Shown in pieces: positions 20,707 through 30,811 of a stretch of DNA of 56,722 nucleotides. How positions within the stretch are numbered: position 1 is the stretch's first letter; each line of letters begins with the position of its first letter. Source of the DNA: a virus (Duplodnaviria; Caudoviricetes). The stretch covers positions 1-56,722 of IMG/VR virus record IMGVR_UViG_3300031519_010435; one strand, given 5' to 3'. Both the position numbers and the translations under genes were made by a program. The notes under the pieces were generated by a model that was not told where the DNA came from, searched no databases, and saw nothing but the letters and a program-made list of their open reading frames with translations.

Positions 20707-23130
20707 ATGAATAAAAAAAACTTCACCCCAAGAGTACAAAGAATTATATCTTTGTCAAAAAAAATAGCCGACTCTTTAAACTCTAAAGAGGTTGACCTCG
20801 ATCATTTACTTTTCGGAGTTGTTGATTCCAATCAATCTATAATAAATAATTTTTTTAGTGATATATCTATATCTCTAGACGAATTCAAAAGTATAGTGTT
20901 TAATACGATAGATGGAGACTTCTTTTCCTCTTCTGACCTTGATCAACGTTCTGATAAAGAGTTTTCTCAACAATATCAAAAAGTTTTTAAATTATGCATC
21001 GAGTTTGCTGAAGAGTTAGATCATCAATACGTAGGAGTTGAGCATGTTTTCTATGTATTATTACTATATGACAAGTCTCCATTATCCTCTTTATTGACAA
21101 CTTTCTATGTAGACATTGAATTAGCTAAAGAAAAATTTAAAAACTTTTTTGTTACAGGTGAATGGGAGCAATCTAGAATTCAAAAAACATTTGAAGGTAA
21201 TAAGCCAAAGGCCGAAGAAAAATCAGACTCTGGAACACTTCATTCTTTCTGTAAGGATTATAATGAATTAGCATCTCAAGGTAAATTTGATAAAGTTTTA
21301 TGTAAAGACGTAGATATTGAAAAAATGTCTGAAATATTATGTAGGAGAAATAAAAATAACCCTATTTTAGTGGGGCTTCCAGGCACTGGTAAGACATCGC
21401 TTGTCGAAGGTCTAGCTCAAAATATAGTAAATGGAACATGCACTGACTTTTTATCTAATAAAACTATTTATGAAGTTGATATGGCGGCTATAATAGCAGG
21501 AACAAAGTATAGAGGTCAATTTGAAGAAAGATTAAAAAAATTAATAGAAGAGGTTTCTAGTTCACCCAATATCATTCTTTTTATAGATGAGATTCATACA
21601 ATTATCGGAGCTGGAGCTACCGAAGGCAGCATGGACGCCGCAAACATATTGAAACCCGCTTTAGCTAGAGGTCAAATAAAATGCATCGGAGCCACGACTC
21701 CTAAAGAATATAAAAAATACATAATAAAAGATGCGGCTCTCGAAAGAAGATTTCAAGAGATAAAAGTTAATCAGCCATCAAGCTCCGAAACTTTAAAAAT
21801 TCTAGAAGGGATAATTTCCCAATATGAAAAGTTCCATCATGTTATATATAGAAAAAACGCCATAAAGTTAGCTGTAGATCTATCTATTAGATATATGACC
21901 GATAGGCAATTACCAGATAAAGCGATAGATATAATAGATCAAGCTGGAGCTAAAGTAAAAATGCGCAGCTTTAATAGACCTCTGGAAGCTCAAAAAATAG
22001 AAAAGCAAATAGAAAAATTAATGGAGGGCGAAGATAAGAATAAATGCCAAAAGACTAAGCACCAAAAAAAGCAAGACTCTTTAATAAGAAGCTACAAAGA
22101 TACACTTAACAAATGGGCAGAAACATATCAACAGAAGAAATTTTATGTAACACAAGAAGATATATTCAATGTCGTATCATCTAAGACTGGGATCCCAGTC
22201 GGTAACCTATCTAAAGACGATGCAGAAATTTTATTAAATTTAAAAAATAATTTAGCAAAAGAGGTTTTATTTCAAGATGAAGCTTTAAATTCTATATACA
22301 ACTCAATAATGAGATCTAAAAGTGGTTTATCTTCAACTAAAAAACCAATAGGTTCTTTTCTACTACTAGGTAAAAGCGGAGTGGGTAAGACTTATATGGC
22401 AAAAAGTTTAGCTAAATTCTTTTTTGGAAGTGAAGATAACCTTATCCATATAGACATGTCGGAATATTCCGAAAAAATAAACACTTCAAGGTTAATAGGT
22501 TCATCTCCTGGATATGTTGGCTACGACGAAGGTGGACAGCTAACAGATAAAGTAAAAAGCAAACCTTATTCGGTTGTTTTGTTTGATGAAATAGAGAAAG
22601 CTCACCCAGATGTAATAAATATATTACTTCATTTGCTTGACGAAGGAAGGTTAACTGATAATTTCGGGAGAACTACTGATTTCACAAACACTATAGTAAT
22701 AATGACTGGCAATATAGGCTCCGACGTTTTAGATAAAGGGGGAGGAATAGGTTTTTCGAACTCAAACCCAAAGAATAAACATAAAGAAAAAATAATCGAA
22801 CTTTCTAAAAAAACTTTTAGTCCTGAATTTGTAAATAGAATCGATGAACTCATCGTATTTAATAACTTTTCCCTAGAAGAAGTAAGGTTTTTAGTAAATA
22901 AAGAAATTTCTGAATTAAAAAACTTGCTTAAAAAACAAAAGGGTATTATATTAAATGTGTCAGACGATATAATCGATTCTATTTCCAATCATGTTTCTGA
23001 TTTAAAAATGGGAGCTAGACCGATTAAAAAAATTATACAAAAAAATATTGAAAATAAAGTTTCAGAATTTATTATAAAAAACAAAAAAGGAGAAGTAACT
23101 ATCAAACTTTCAGATATTAATTATGAGTAA
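20707..23130 (+). CDS. clpC: ClpC/ClpA-type AAA+ unfoldase
   Basis: Clp N-domain repeats, D1 GLPGTGKT/IDEIH, short middle coiled coil, D2 GKSGVGKT/FDEIEKAH, GYVG pore loop and GIGF ClpP-docking loop. Confidence 0.9.
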   Translation: MNKKNFTPRVQRIISLSKKIADSLNSKEVDLDHLLFGVVDSNQSIINNFFSDISISLDEFKSIVFNTIDGDFFSSSDLDQRSDKEFSQQYQKVFKLCIEFAEELDHQYVGVEHVFYVLLLYDKSPLSSLLTTFYVDIELAKEKFKNFFVTGEWEQSRIQKTFEGNKPKAEEKSDSGTLHSFCKDYNELASQGKFDKVLCKDVDIEKMSEILCRRNKNNPILVGLPGTGKTSLVEGLAQNIVNGTCTDFLSNKTIYEVDMAAIIAGTKYRGQFEERLKKLIEEVSSSPNIILFIDEIHTIIGAGATEGSMDAANILKPALARGQIKCIGATTPKEYKKYIIKDAALERRFQEIKVNQPSSSETLKILEGIISQYEKFHHVIYRKNAIKLAVDLSIRYMTDRQLPDKAIDIIDQAGAKVKMRSFNRPLEAQKIEKQIEKLMEGEDKNKCQKTKHQKKQDSLIRSYKDTLNKWAETYQQKKFYVTQEDIFNVVSSKTGIPVGNLSKDDAEILLNLKNNLAKEVLFQDEALNSIYNSIMRSKSGLSSTKKPIGSFLLLGKSGVGKTYMAKSLAKFFFGSEDNLIHIDMSEYSEKINTSRLIGSSPGYVGYDEGGQLTDKVKSKPYSVVLFDEIEKAHPDVINILLHLLDEGRLTDNFGRTTDFTNTIVIMTGNIGSDVLDKGGGIGFSNSNPKNKHKEKIIELSKKTFSPEFVNRIDELIVFNNFSLEEVRFLVNKEISELKNLLKKQKGIILNVSDDIIDSISNHVSDLKMGARPIKKIIQKNIENKVSEFIIKNKKGEVTIKLSDINYE

Positions 23131-23668
23131 ATATAAACTAGTTTTTGCCGCTGAAAAAGTATTATCTTTTGACGAAGTGGACGATAATACAACCAGAGAA
23201 TTTTTCAAAGAGTTTGAAAGCTTTCAAGACCTAGGGAAGTTCATGACCGATAAGAGTATTGCATTAAACGGCAACTTTAAGTATGCGTTAAAACATACTG
23301 AGGATAATTACTTAAAAGAAATTTTTATTGTTTTAAAAGATAACCCTTTGCCCAAGCAATATATATTTGACACAAAAGAAGAGGCTCTTGAATTTAAAAG
23401 CACCCAAGGTCTCCAAGACTCTGTCCACCTTTTAGCTGATGATAAAAAAGATATTATTAAAAAATTCTTTGACGGAGAAAAGCTTGACTTTCCTGGTTAC
23501 AAAAAAATTCACCAAAACTACCAAAAAGAATTTGAAAAAGCTGGAGGAGCAAAATGTACTTCTTGTGCAAAAAACAATTTAATGAGAAAATATCAAGATA
23601 TTATTATTGATGCTTTAAGCGATTCCCCTAAAAATATTTACAGCGCATCAGAAAAAAACAAATCTTAA
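23123..23668 (+). CDS. hypothetical protein with CxxC
   Basis: 181-aa ORF overlapping the clpC stop. Confidence 0.7.
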   Translation: MSKYKLVFAAEKVLSFDEVDDNTTREFFKEFESFQDLGKFMTDKSIALNGNFKYALKHTEDNYLKEIFIVLKDNPLPKQYIFDTKEEALEFKSTQGLQDSVHLLADDKKDIIKKFFDGEKLDFPGYKKIHQNYQKEFEKAGGAKCTSCAKNNLMRKYQDIIIDALSDSPKNIYSASEKNKS

Positions 23669-23680
23669 CAATTATAAATT

Positions 23681-24304
23681 ATGTCGATTCAATTATATAA
23701 ACCTAATAGTAAAAACGCAGGAGCAGCATTCACCTTCTCCATAGGCTCTAATAAAAACAACAGCCTACCAGCTTTTTATATGAGCGCAATATCCCAATAC
23801 TCTTGGGATTCTGATAAGAAGATAGGTTCTTTTGCTGGTAATGCGAAAGACTCAGAAAAAACTGTTAATGTAAAACTTAGTGAGTTTGAGTGCGGAGAAG
23901 TAATTAGTGCTATTAAAAATAGGTATGATTATTCTACTTTTCACTCTTTTGATAATAATAATACTACTATTAAATTTAGCCCTTGGGATAAGGATGTTAA
24001 GATTTCTAAATACGATCCAGAATCAAAAGGCTTTAAGGAGTCAAAGATAAAAGTTCCAGCATTTGGAGTTTCTATTTCTAAAGGGAAGGGTTCTACTTTC
24101 AAAATAGGCATGGATCCTGGAGAGGCAGAAGTTTTCACGAAGTTACTTGAACGTTTTATTAATCTTTTTGTTGACGAAAAAATCAATATCCAAAAAGCTC
24201 TTTCTAAGAAATATCAAGAAAATAAACCTTCACCCTCTCCAAGTCCTAAGGTAGAAAAAACCGAAGATGTTGATGAGGAAGATTACGAAGATGTCCCATT
24301 CTGA
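23681..24304 (+). CDS. putative ssDNA-binding protein
   Basis: Beta-rich duplicated core and acidic C-terminal tail DEEDYEDVPF, typical of SSBs. Confidence 0.55.
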   Translation: MSIQLYKPNSKNAGAAFTFSIGSNKNNSLPAFYMSAISQYSWDSDKKIGSFAGNAKDSEKTVNVKLSEFECGEVISAIKNRYDYSTFHSFDNNNTTIKFSPWDKDVKISKYDPESKGFKESKIKVPAFGVSISKGKGSTFKIGMDPGEAEVFTKLLERFINLFVDEKINIQKALSKKYQENKPSPSPSPKVEKTEDVDEEDYEDVPF

Positions 24305-24339
24305 AGAAGAGTCAGTTTAGAATATTAAAAAAATCCTAA

Positions 24340-26247
24340 ATGTCTAAAAAGAAAGTTTTATTTCATAGTAATTTTTCTAGAATACTAAGTGGTTTTGGCA
24401 AGAATGCTAAAAATATATTAAAATATTTAGCTTCAACCAATAAATATGAAATTATAGAATTTGCTAATGGTGTATCTAAATCTCACGAAGAGTTAAAAAC
24501 TCTTCCTTGGGAAGCTGAAGGAGGACTCCCATCAGATCAGGAAACTATAAACAGAATAAATAGAGATCCCAATCTTGGCAGATCCGCTTCATATGGAGCC
24601 TTGAGGATCGACGATGTCATAAAGAAACATAAGCCTGATGTATACATAGGCGCTGAAGACATATGGGGTCTATCTGGGTATATAAAAAAGCCTTGGTGGA
24701 ACAAAATTAATTGCATGGTTTGGACAACTCTTGATAGCCTTCCCATCCTCCCAGATGCAATAAAATGCGCGAAAAATGTTAAACATTACTATGTATGGTC
24801 TTCTTTTGCAGAGAAAGCTTTGCACGAGGAAGGACACACTCATGTAAAAACTCTACATGGTGCTGTTGATCAATCTCGTTTTTATAAACTAGATCACGAA
24901 GAGAGAGATGCTTTAAGGGAAAAATACAATTTAAGTGAAAATTTCATTATAGGATTTGTTTTCAGGAACCAACTTAGAAAAAGCGTACCTAACCTGCTAG
25001 AAGGTTTTAAGATATTTAAATCTAAACACCCAGACTCAAATGCAAAACTTTTACTTCATACTAATTGGGTTGAAGGTTGGGACATTCCAAGATTAATAAA
25101 GGAAAAAGGAATAGATCAGTCTGATATTCTTTGTACGTATTATTGCAAAATTTGCAATCAATATGAAATAAAGCCATTTTCTTCTCAAAACTTAAACTGT
25201 CCTTACTGTGGTTCCGAAAAATCAGTTAATACTGTAAACATTAAAGATGGGGTTAATGATGATCAATTAAATGAGATTTATAATTTAATGGATACTTATT
25301 GTCACCCTTTTACAAGCGGAGGCCAAGAGATACCTTTACAAGAAGCTAAACTCTGCGAGTTAATAACTTTAAATACAAATTATTCTTGCGGAGAAGACTC
25401 TTGCTCCCCAGAATCTGGGGGATTAAGCCTAGATTGGTCTGAATACAGGGAACCAGGAACACAATTCATAAAAGCCTCTACTTGCCCTAATAGTATTAGT
25501 GAAAAACTAACAGATGTTTATAAAATGGATCTTTTAGAAAAATCATCTTTAGGAAAAAAATCTAGACAGTATATTGTAGATAATTATTCTATTGAAGTCA
25601 TAGGTTCTAAACTAGAAAAGATTATAGACTCTATGCCAAGTGTTTCAGATTACGATTTTAATTTCAAAAAAACATTAAGAGACTCGAATTATAATCCTCC
25701 AGATATAGAATCTGATTCTGAATGGTTAATTGATTTATATAAAAATATTTTAAAAGTTGATCTTGACCATACAGACGAAGGTCATAAATACTGGATGAGC
25801 ACACTTACTAATGGAGGTTCCAGAAACGGTGTGTTAGATTATTTTAGGCAAGTTGCTCAAAAAGAAAACTCAAAGATCGTTGAGAAAAAAGTGGTAGATT
25901 TTGACGAAGTTATAAAAAATGATGGCTCAAAAAAAGCTCTTTTTGTTTTAAAAGAATCTGCAGAAGACATTTTAATGGCTACGAGTTTATTAAAATCTTT
26001 CAAAGAATTAAACCCCAATCATGATTTATTTTTTGCTTGCGATGAAGTTTACCACTCTCTTCTATTATCTAATCTTCATATTTACAAAGTAATACCATAC
26101 GATCCTAAGATGGAAAATGAATTTTTAATGGTGTCCTCCTCCAAAAGCAAAGCTTACTTTGATTATTATTGCAACCTAGGAATACTCACTCAGAGAAATA
26201 TCAATTATCATGGTATAAAAGACTTTACATTTGATTTATATGAATAA
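24340..26247 (+). CDS. GT4-like glycosyltransferase with Zn ribbon, DUF4214-like and GT9-like segments
   Basis: SGFG, RNQLRK and GGQEIPLQEA GT-B motifs; CKIC...CPYC insertion; LYKNIL..DEGHKYW; EDILMATSLL. Confidence 0.75.
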   Translation: MSKKKVLFHSNFSRILSGFGKNAKNILKYLASTNKYEIIEFANGVSKSHEELKTLPWEAEGGLPSDQETINRINRDPNLGRSASYGALRIDDVIKKHKPDVYIGAEDIWGLSGYIKKPWWNKINCMVWTTLDSLPILPDAIKCAKNVKHYYVWSSFAEKALHEEGHTHVKTLHGAVDQSRFYKLDHEERDALREKYNLSENFIIGFVFRNQLRKSVPNLLEGFKIFKSKHPDSNAKLLLHTNWVEGWDIPRLIKEKGIDQSDILCTYYCKICNQYEIKPFSSQNLNCPYCGSEKSVNTVNIKDGVNDDQLNEIYNLMDTYCHPFTSGGQEIPLQEAKLCELITLNTNYSCGEDSCSPESGGLSLDWSEYREPGTQFIKASTCPNSISEKLTDVYKMDLLEKSSLGKKSRQYIVDNYSIEVIGSKLEKIIDSMPSVSDYDFNFKKTLRDSNYNPPDIESDSEWLIDLYKNILKVDLDHTDEGHKYWMSTLTNGGSRNGVLDYFRQVAQKENSKIVEKKVVDFDEVIKNDGSKKALFVLKESAEDILMATSLLKSFKELNPNHDLFFACDEVYHSLLLSNLHIYKVIPYDPKMENEFLMVSSSKSKAYFDYYCNLGILTQRNINYHGIKDFTFDLYE

Positions 26248-27445
26248 GCTAGAAAGGTACAGTCTTCATTCAGGTTTAAAGATATCAAAACCTTTTATTG
26301 ATAATTCTTTTTTCCCAATCACTCATGATAAATATATAACATTTAATACATCTACTAAAATTCAAAGTAAGCATTATGATCTCTGGCAAGAAGTTATTGA
26401 TTTATTAACTCCATTTTTAAACCTAGAAAATATAAAGCTTATTCAAATTGGAGATAAAAAAGACCCTACACTTGAAGGGGTTCATGACTTTAGAGGCTCT
26501 ATGAATTTTAATCAAAATGCCTATGTGTTAAAGAAATCAATGCTTCATTTTAATGTTTGTGATCATTATTCTTATGTATCTTATAACTCCAACACTCCTA
26601 GTGTAGTTCTTTTCTCAAATGAGCCTTCGGATTCTTTTTGCTCTTTCGATAAAAGTGGTCTAAATAAAAACTTCACAAGTATTGATTCCCCTAAAGAATT
26701 TGGCTGCAGCTACAGCCCTGTCGAAAACCCTAAAAGCATAAATAAAATATCTCCATCTTTAATAGCTAATAAAATATTAAATAATCTTGAAATAATCAAT
26801 AATCTTGACGACTTAAACCCTATTTATATTGGAGAAAATTACCATGTAAGAGTTCTTGAGTTTATTCCTGATTATGTTCCGCCTCAAGATTTATTAAAAA
26901 ATTCAATAATCAATGTCAGGGCTGATTATTACTTTGATCAAGAAAATATCTTTCATTTATCCAGAGGAAGAAAATTAGGAGTTATTACAAACCAAAAATT
27001 TAGCGAAGAATTATGCTATGCATGCAAAGATTCATTAGCTAGGGTTTCCATTGAAGTTGATGATCTAGATTTTGATTTTTTAAAAATTTTAAAAAAGTTT
27101 AAAATACCTTATGAACTTTTCACATATAATAAAGAAAATATAAATAAGCTAAGGCTAGATAATATAGATGAGAAAATACTTCTTTATAATAAAAAAACGA
27201 AAAAAGACCTTGATCTTCCCCTTGACTCTGATCATAATAAAATATTCAAATCTTCAAAAATTTTAATTTCAAATGGACAAAAATTCGCAAGTAAAGCTCA
27301 CTGGATGGAAGGAAAAGAGCTTAATGCAGGTGAAGACAATTTCATTATAGATAGTTCAGATTTTTGGGAAGGTTTAGATTATTATATCATATACAACAAG
27401 GAGGAAGAAAATGTCAAGAGGAAGACCAAAAGGAAGCAAGAATAA
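26240..27445 (+). CDS. GT9-like (heptosyltransferase-like) protein
   Basis: SKHYDLWQEVI, LIQIG, DFRG and PSVVLFS give a GT9 C-terminal pattern. Confidence 0.55.
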   Translation: MNKLERYSLHSGLKISKPFIDNSFFPITHDKYITFNTSTKIQSKHYDLWQEVIDLLTPFLNLENIKLIQIGDKKDPTLEGVHDFRGSMNFNQNAYVLKKSMLHFNVCDHYSYVSYNSNTPSVVLFSNEPSDSFCSFDKSGLNKNFTSIDSPKEFGCSYSPVENPKSINKISPSLIANKILNNLEIINNLDDLNPIYIGENYHVRVLEFIPDYVPPQDLLKNSIINVRADYYFDQENIFHLSRGRKLGVITNQKFSEELCYACKDSLARVSIEVDDLDFDFLKILKKFKIPYELFTYNKENINKLRLDNIDEKILLYNKKTKKDLDLPLDSDHNKIFKSSKILISNGQKFASKAHWMEGKELNAGEDNFIIDSSDFWEGLDYYIIYNKEEENVKRKTKRKQE

Positions 27446-28289
27446 AACTTTAGAAATTAAATGTTCGCCTGACGTAGAGTCAGACATAATAAAACAAGTT
27501 AAACTTGCGGAAGCAAGCGTGAGGAGTAATTTGAATAATTCAAGAGAGCCGCTTGGGCCATCAATGTACAAGAGAGACGAGCATGGTCTATTATCTAATG
27601 CTGAATATCATTTCAATGAAGATGGTTCTATTGACTGGAGATCTATGGTAAAGGATGAACATCTATTCCCCAACAAGTCTTGGTTTGAAGCTAGGAAGAA
27701 AGACCCACCAAGGACAGTAGAGGGATTAAAGGATCATCAACTATTAATAAAACTTTCTGGGATAAAAGAAGTCGCCAAACTTAGAGGCTTTTCAGATGTG
27801 TCTTATCAAATCATTAAATGTGAACCTGATCATGTTGCAGTCTCTTGCTCTATTAGCTTTATGCCAAATTATGAAACGAATGGAGAATTAGTTCATTTTT
27901 CTGACATGGCTAATGCAACACTAAATAACACAAGCAGCTTTGCTACTAAGTTCTTAGAGACGATAGCGTGTAACAGAGCTTTTGTTAGATGTGTAAGAAA
28001 TTTCTTAAATATTCATATTGTTGGAGATGACGAAATAGATAAGTCTGGAATATCTCCTCTTAGGCAAAACTCTAATTCAATGTCTTTATCTCCTCAAGGA
28101 GCATTAAAAGTTCAATCTGAGCTTAGTGGTTTTTTTGATTTTGATACCTTTAAGAATCATTTAAGAAAACTGCATAAGGATGGAATTTATGAAGTTGATC
28201 CATCTTCTAATCCTTCTGACTGGACTTCTTTTGAGGATATTCCAGCAAAACAGGCTAGAGAATTATTAAAGGTAATTAAATCTAATTAG
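27411..28289 (+). CDS. putative Rad52/Sak-like single-strand annealing protein with N-terminal AT-hook
   Basis: RGRPKGS N-terminus; ETIACNRAFVRCVRNFLNI resembles the Rad52-superfamily helix. Confidence 0.45.
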   Translation: MSRGRPKGSKNKTLEIKCSPDVESDIIKQVKLAEASVRSNLNNSREPLGPSMYKRDEHGLLSNAEYHFNEDGSIDWRSMVKDEHLFPNKSWFEARKKDPPRTVEGLKDHQLLIKLSGIKEVAKLRGFSDVSYQIIKCEPDHVAVSCSISFMPNYETNGELVHFSDMANATLNNTSSFATKFLETIACNRAFVRCVRNFLNIHIVGDDEIDKSGISPLRQNSNSMSLSPQGALKVQSELSGFFDFDTFKNHLRKLHKDGIYEVDPSSNPSDWTSFEDIPAKQARELLKVIKSN

Positions 28290-28291
28290 TA

Positions 28292-28828
28292 ATGAACCTT
28301 TTATGCAATACTAAAACTTATTTGGTGGGGCATATGCAATACCTAAGTGGTAGAAATTGGAGAGAAGAAGTCACAAAAAAATTATCTCCTTTAAGTATAA
28401 CTTGTTTTGATCCTTATAAAAAACCTTTCGTTAAGGATGTAGAAGAAGACGAAGAGTCCAGAGAAGAAATGAATACTTGGATGAAAACAAAACAATACGA
28501 TAGGGTAACTAAAAAAATGAAAGTTATTAGGTCGTATGATTTGAATCTCGTTGATAGAAGTGATTTTATTATAGCTAATCTGGTTCCCGATATAGCTAGT
28601 TGGGGTAGCTCCGAAGAACTAGTAACAGCAGTTCGGATGAAAAAACCCATCTTTATAAGCATGGAAGGAGGTAAATCGAAAACCCCGCTATGGATGCTAG
28701 GAATGCTTCCTCATAAATATATTTATAATAGTCTTGACGAAATCTTAGGTATGCTGTATGCTATTGATAATGGAAAAAAACAAATAGACTCCGATAGATG
28801 GAGATTATTAAGAAAGGAATACAGATGA
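28292..28828 (+). CDS. nucleoside 2-deoxyribosyltransferase-like / N-glycosidase
   Basis: YLVGHM, FDP, DLNLVDRSD and SWGSSEE...A...KP motifs. Confidence 0.7.
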   Translation: MNLLCNTKTYLVGHMQYLSGRNWREEVTKKLSPLSITCFDPYKKPFVKDVEEDEESREEMNTWMKTKQYDRVTKKMKVIRSYDLNLVDRSDFIIANLVPDIASWGSSEELVTAVRMKKPIFISMEGGKSKTPLWMLGMLPHKYIYNSLDEILGMLYAIDNGKKQIDSDRWRLLRKEYR

Positions 28829-30045
28829 AATATATTATATTAGCGCTAAAACTACTACCTTGCATTGCATTACTAGGCAAAATACCAGAGCAAAAGTTTA
28901 GAATTTGGAAAAATTCATCAGGAAATGATATTAATGCAAAGCTTTTGTCTGTAAATTCTGAAACTAAATTTTCTTTAGAGCTTGAAAATGGTAGAAAATC
29001 TATTGTTGACTCAAGATTTTTCTGTGAGAACGATAAAAATTTCATCAAGTGGTTGTATAGAACTGATCAAGGTTTAAAATATAAATATCTTGATCCATTC
29101 AATCTTGACAATGAAAAAGTCAGGAGACATAGGGAGAAAAATAGAGTTTCTTTCTTAACTGCAAATAAGAAAGCTCCGCATTATTGTGTCCACCCTTCAA
29201 CAAGAGTCTTAATGAAGGACACTGATTCATACGACTATGATTGTATTTTAGAGGATAGACTTAAAAAATGGACTACAGTAATACCATATTCCCCAAGAAA
29301 TTATTTAAACCTTTGTGTTTTTAGGGAAAATTCTGGTAGCGGACCTATGACTTCAAGTTTCAACTTAATGGTTTTAAAACCTAAATCCATAAGGTCTAGC
29401 TTTCTTTCTAGAAATAAAGGTAGGATTTTTAATACAGGAAGAGGAATTAATCAATATCATACAATCTATATCAAACTCAGAGAAAATGAAACAGTTAAAG
29501 ATCTTTCTTTTTTAAGAAATTTTCCTAATTTATATGCTATTCAAATTGAAAATTGCCATGTAGAGGATTTATCTCCACTGAATGATTTGAAATACTTAAC
29601 TGAGTTATGTCTAGATAATAATCTTATATCTAATATTAATACTCTATCCAACAATAACTATCTTTGGAATATTTCTATTGCTTATAACGATATTAAAATT
29701 CTTGGAGATTTAAAAAGTTTTAGGGAGACAAGGTTAAAATATCTAAATATTTCCCACAACCCATTAACTTCTCCTTCTATCGATGGATTTGATCCGAGAG
29801 CTTGGTCTGATAAATTTTGGGGAAGCAAAGATACTTGTGGGGGTTTAAAAAATTGTGGAATATACTGGACTTGCGGTATTGATATTAATAATCAATGCAC
29901 AATCTTAAATGAATCCCTTCCAGCGACTGCATATGGCATAACTCAGACTAACAACAATTCAATAAGCATAAGGAATCTGCCAAAAACTTTTAGATTCACA
30001 TATCACTCAGGTTATGCTGGAATGGGGAAGCATTTATATAACTAA
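28825..30045 (+). CDS. secreted SHD1-domain + leucine-rich-repeat protein
   Basis: Signal-like N-terminus, RIWKNSSG..INAKL...D..FI (SHD1-like) and about 4 LRR units (L..L.L..N.I). Confidence 0.7.
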   Translation: MKYIILALKLLPCIALLGKIPEQKFRIWKNSSGNDINAKLLSVNSETKFSLELENGRKSIVDSRFFCENDKNFIKWLYRTDQGLKYKYLDPFNLDNEKVRRHREKNRVSFLTANKKAPHYCVHPSTRVLMKDTDSYDYDCILEDRLKKWTTVIPYSPRNYLNLCVFRENSGSGPMTSSFNLMVLKPKSIRSSFLSRNKGRIFNTGRGINQYHTIYIKLRENETVKDLSFLRNFPNLYAIQIENCHVEDLSPLNDLKYLTELCLDNNLISNINTLSNNNYLWNISIAYNDIKILGDLKSFRETRLKYLNISHNPLTSPSIDGFDPRAWSDKFWGSKDTCGGLKNCGIYWTCGIDINNQCTILNESLPATAYGITQTNNNSISIRNLPKTFRFTYHSGYAGMGKHLYN

Positions 30046-30046
30046 A

Positions 30047-30505
30047 ATGATATTATATAATAAAATTTTTATTTTTTGTCCTGATTCATGCAATTTTACC
30101 TATAGTAATTTAGATAGAAAAGGGGTAAAATATATTAAATATAACTTTCATGATCAAGATGAATTTAACACCCCACCTCTTTATAGTTTTGCTGACTGCG
30201 ATGTCGTTTTCTTTAAAAAAGAAACTAAGTTGCTTGACTTAATCCCTCACTTTAAAAAACATTATCCATACAGCTTCTACCTTAGTTATTTTTCTAGAGA
30301 TTATCCAATTCATAAAAATAGAGCTATTTTCTATAATACCTCTAAAAAGAAAAAGAATTTAATCGACTCTTTTTTGTTGAGATTTCCTGTTCAAAAATAT
30401 AATATACCAAACAAAATTGATATTTCCGAAATGAATTCAGAAGATTCTGGATTTTTCGAAGACGAAGAGTCTTTTGAAAATTTATTTCCTTTTGAAAGCG
30501 TTTAA
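30047..30505 (+). CDS. hypothetical protein
   Basis: ORF; ATG 30047 follows the previous stop. Confidence 0.55.
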   Translation: MILYNKIFIFCPDSCNFTYSNLDRKGVKYIKYNFHDQDEFNTPPLYSFADCDVVFFKKETKLLDLIPHFKKHYPYSFYLSYFSRDYPIHKNRAIFYNTSKKKKNLIDSFLLRFPVQKYNIPNKIDISEMNSEDSGFFEDEESFENLFPFESV

Positions 30506-30793
30506 TCTACTAATAATTCCTTGATAATTCGAATAAGATATCCTAGAAACAGTTATATTTGCTCTTGAACTTCTTAAAGTCACACCTAATTCAGTCCTTG
30601 GTCTTACCATATCTAAGACGTAATCCCATGCACACCTATCTTTTAACCATTTATAATAAAAATCTCTTTCATTTTTTGGGCATTCTATTACCACTTCTTT
30701 ATCTAAAAAACACGAAGAGTATAAAGTTATGTCTCTAAATAAACAAACCTCACTTGGAGGAGCTGTTAGTTCTGCATCTATTATTAATAACAT
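30482..30793 (-). CDS. small HAD-like hypothetical protein
   Basis: Start MLLIIDAEL has a HAD motif I-like pattern; preceded by GTGTATATATTTATT. Confidence 0.6.
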   Translation of the reverse strand: MLLIIDAELTAPPSEVCLFRDITLYSSCFLDKEVVIECPKNERDFYYKWLKDRCAWDYVLDMVRPRTELGVTLRSSRANITVSRISYSNYQGIISRLNAFKRK

Positions 30794-30811
30794 AATAAAT
30801 ATATACACTAA

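Noticed and set aside
20704-20709. dnaE stop directly followed in frame by the clpC ATG (possible read-through fusion)
   Set aside because: Both proteins have complete termini, TAA is an efficient stop, and tight junctions are common in this genome
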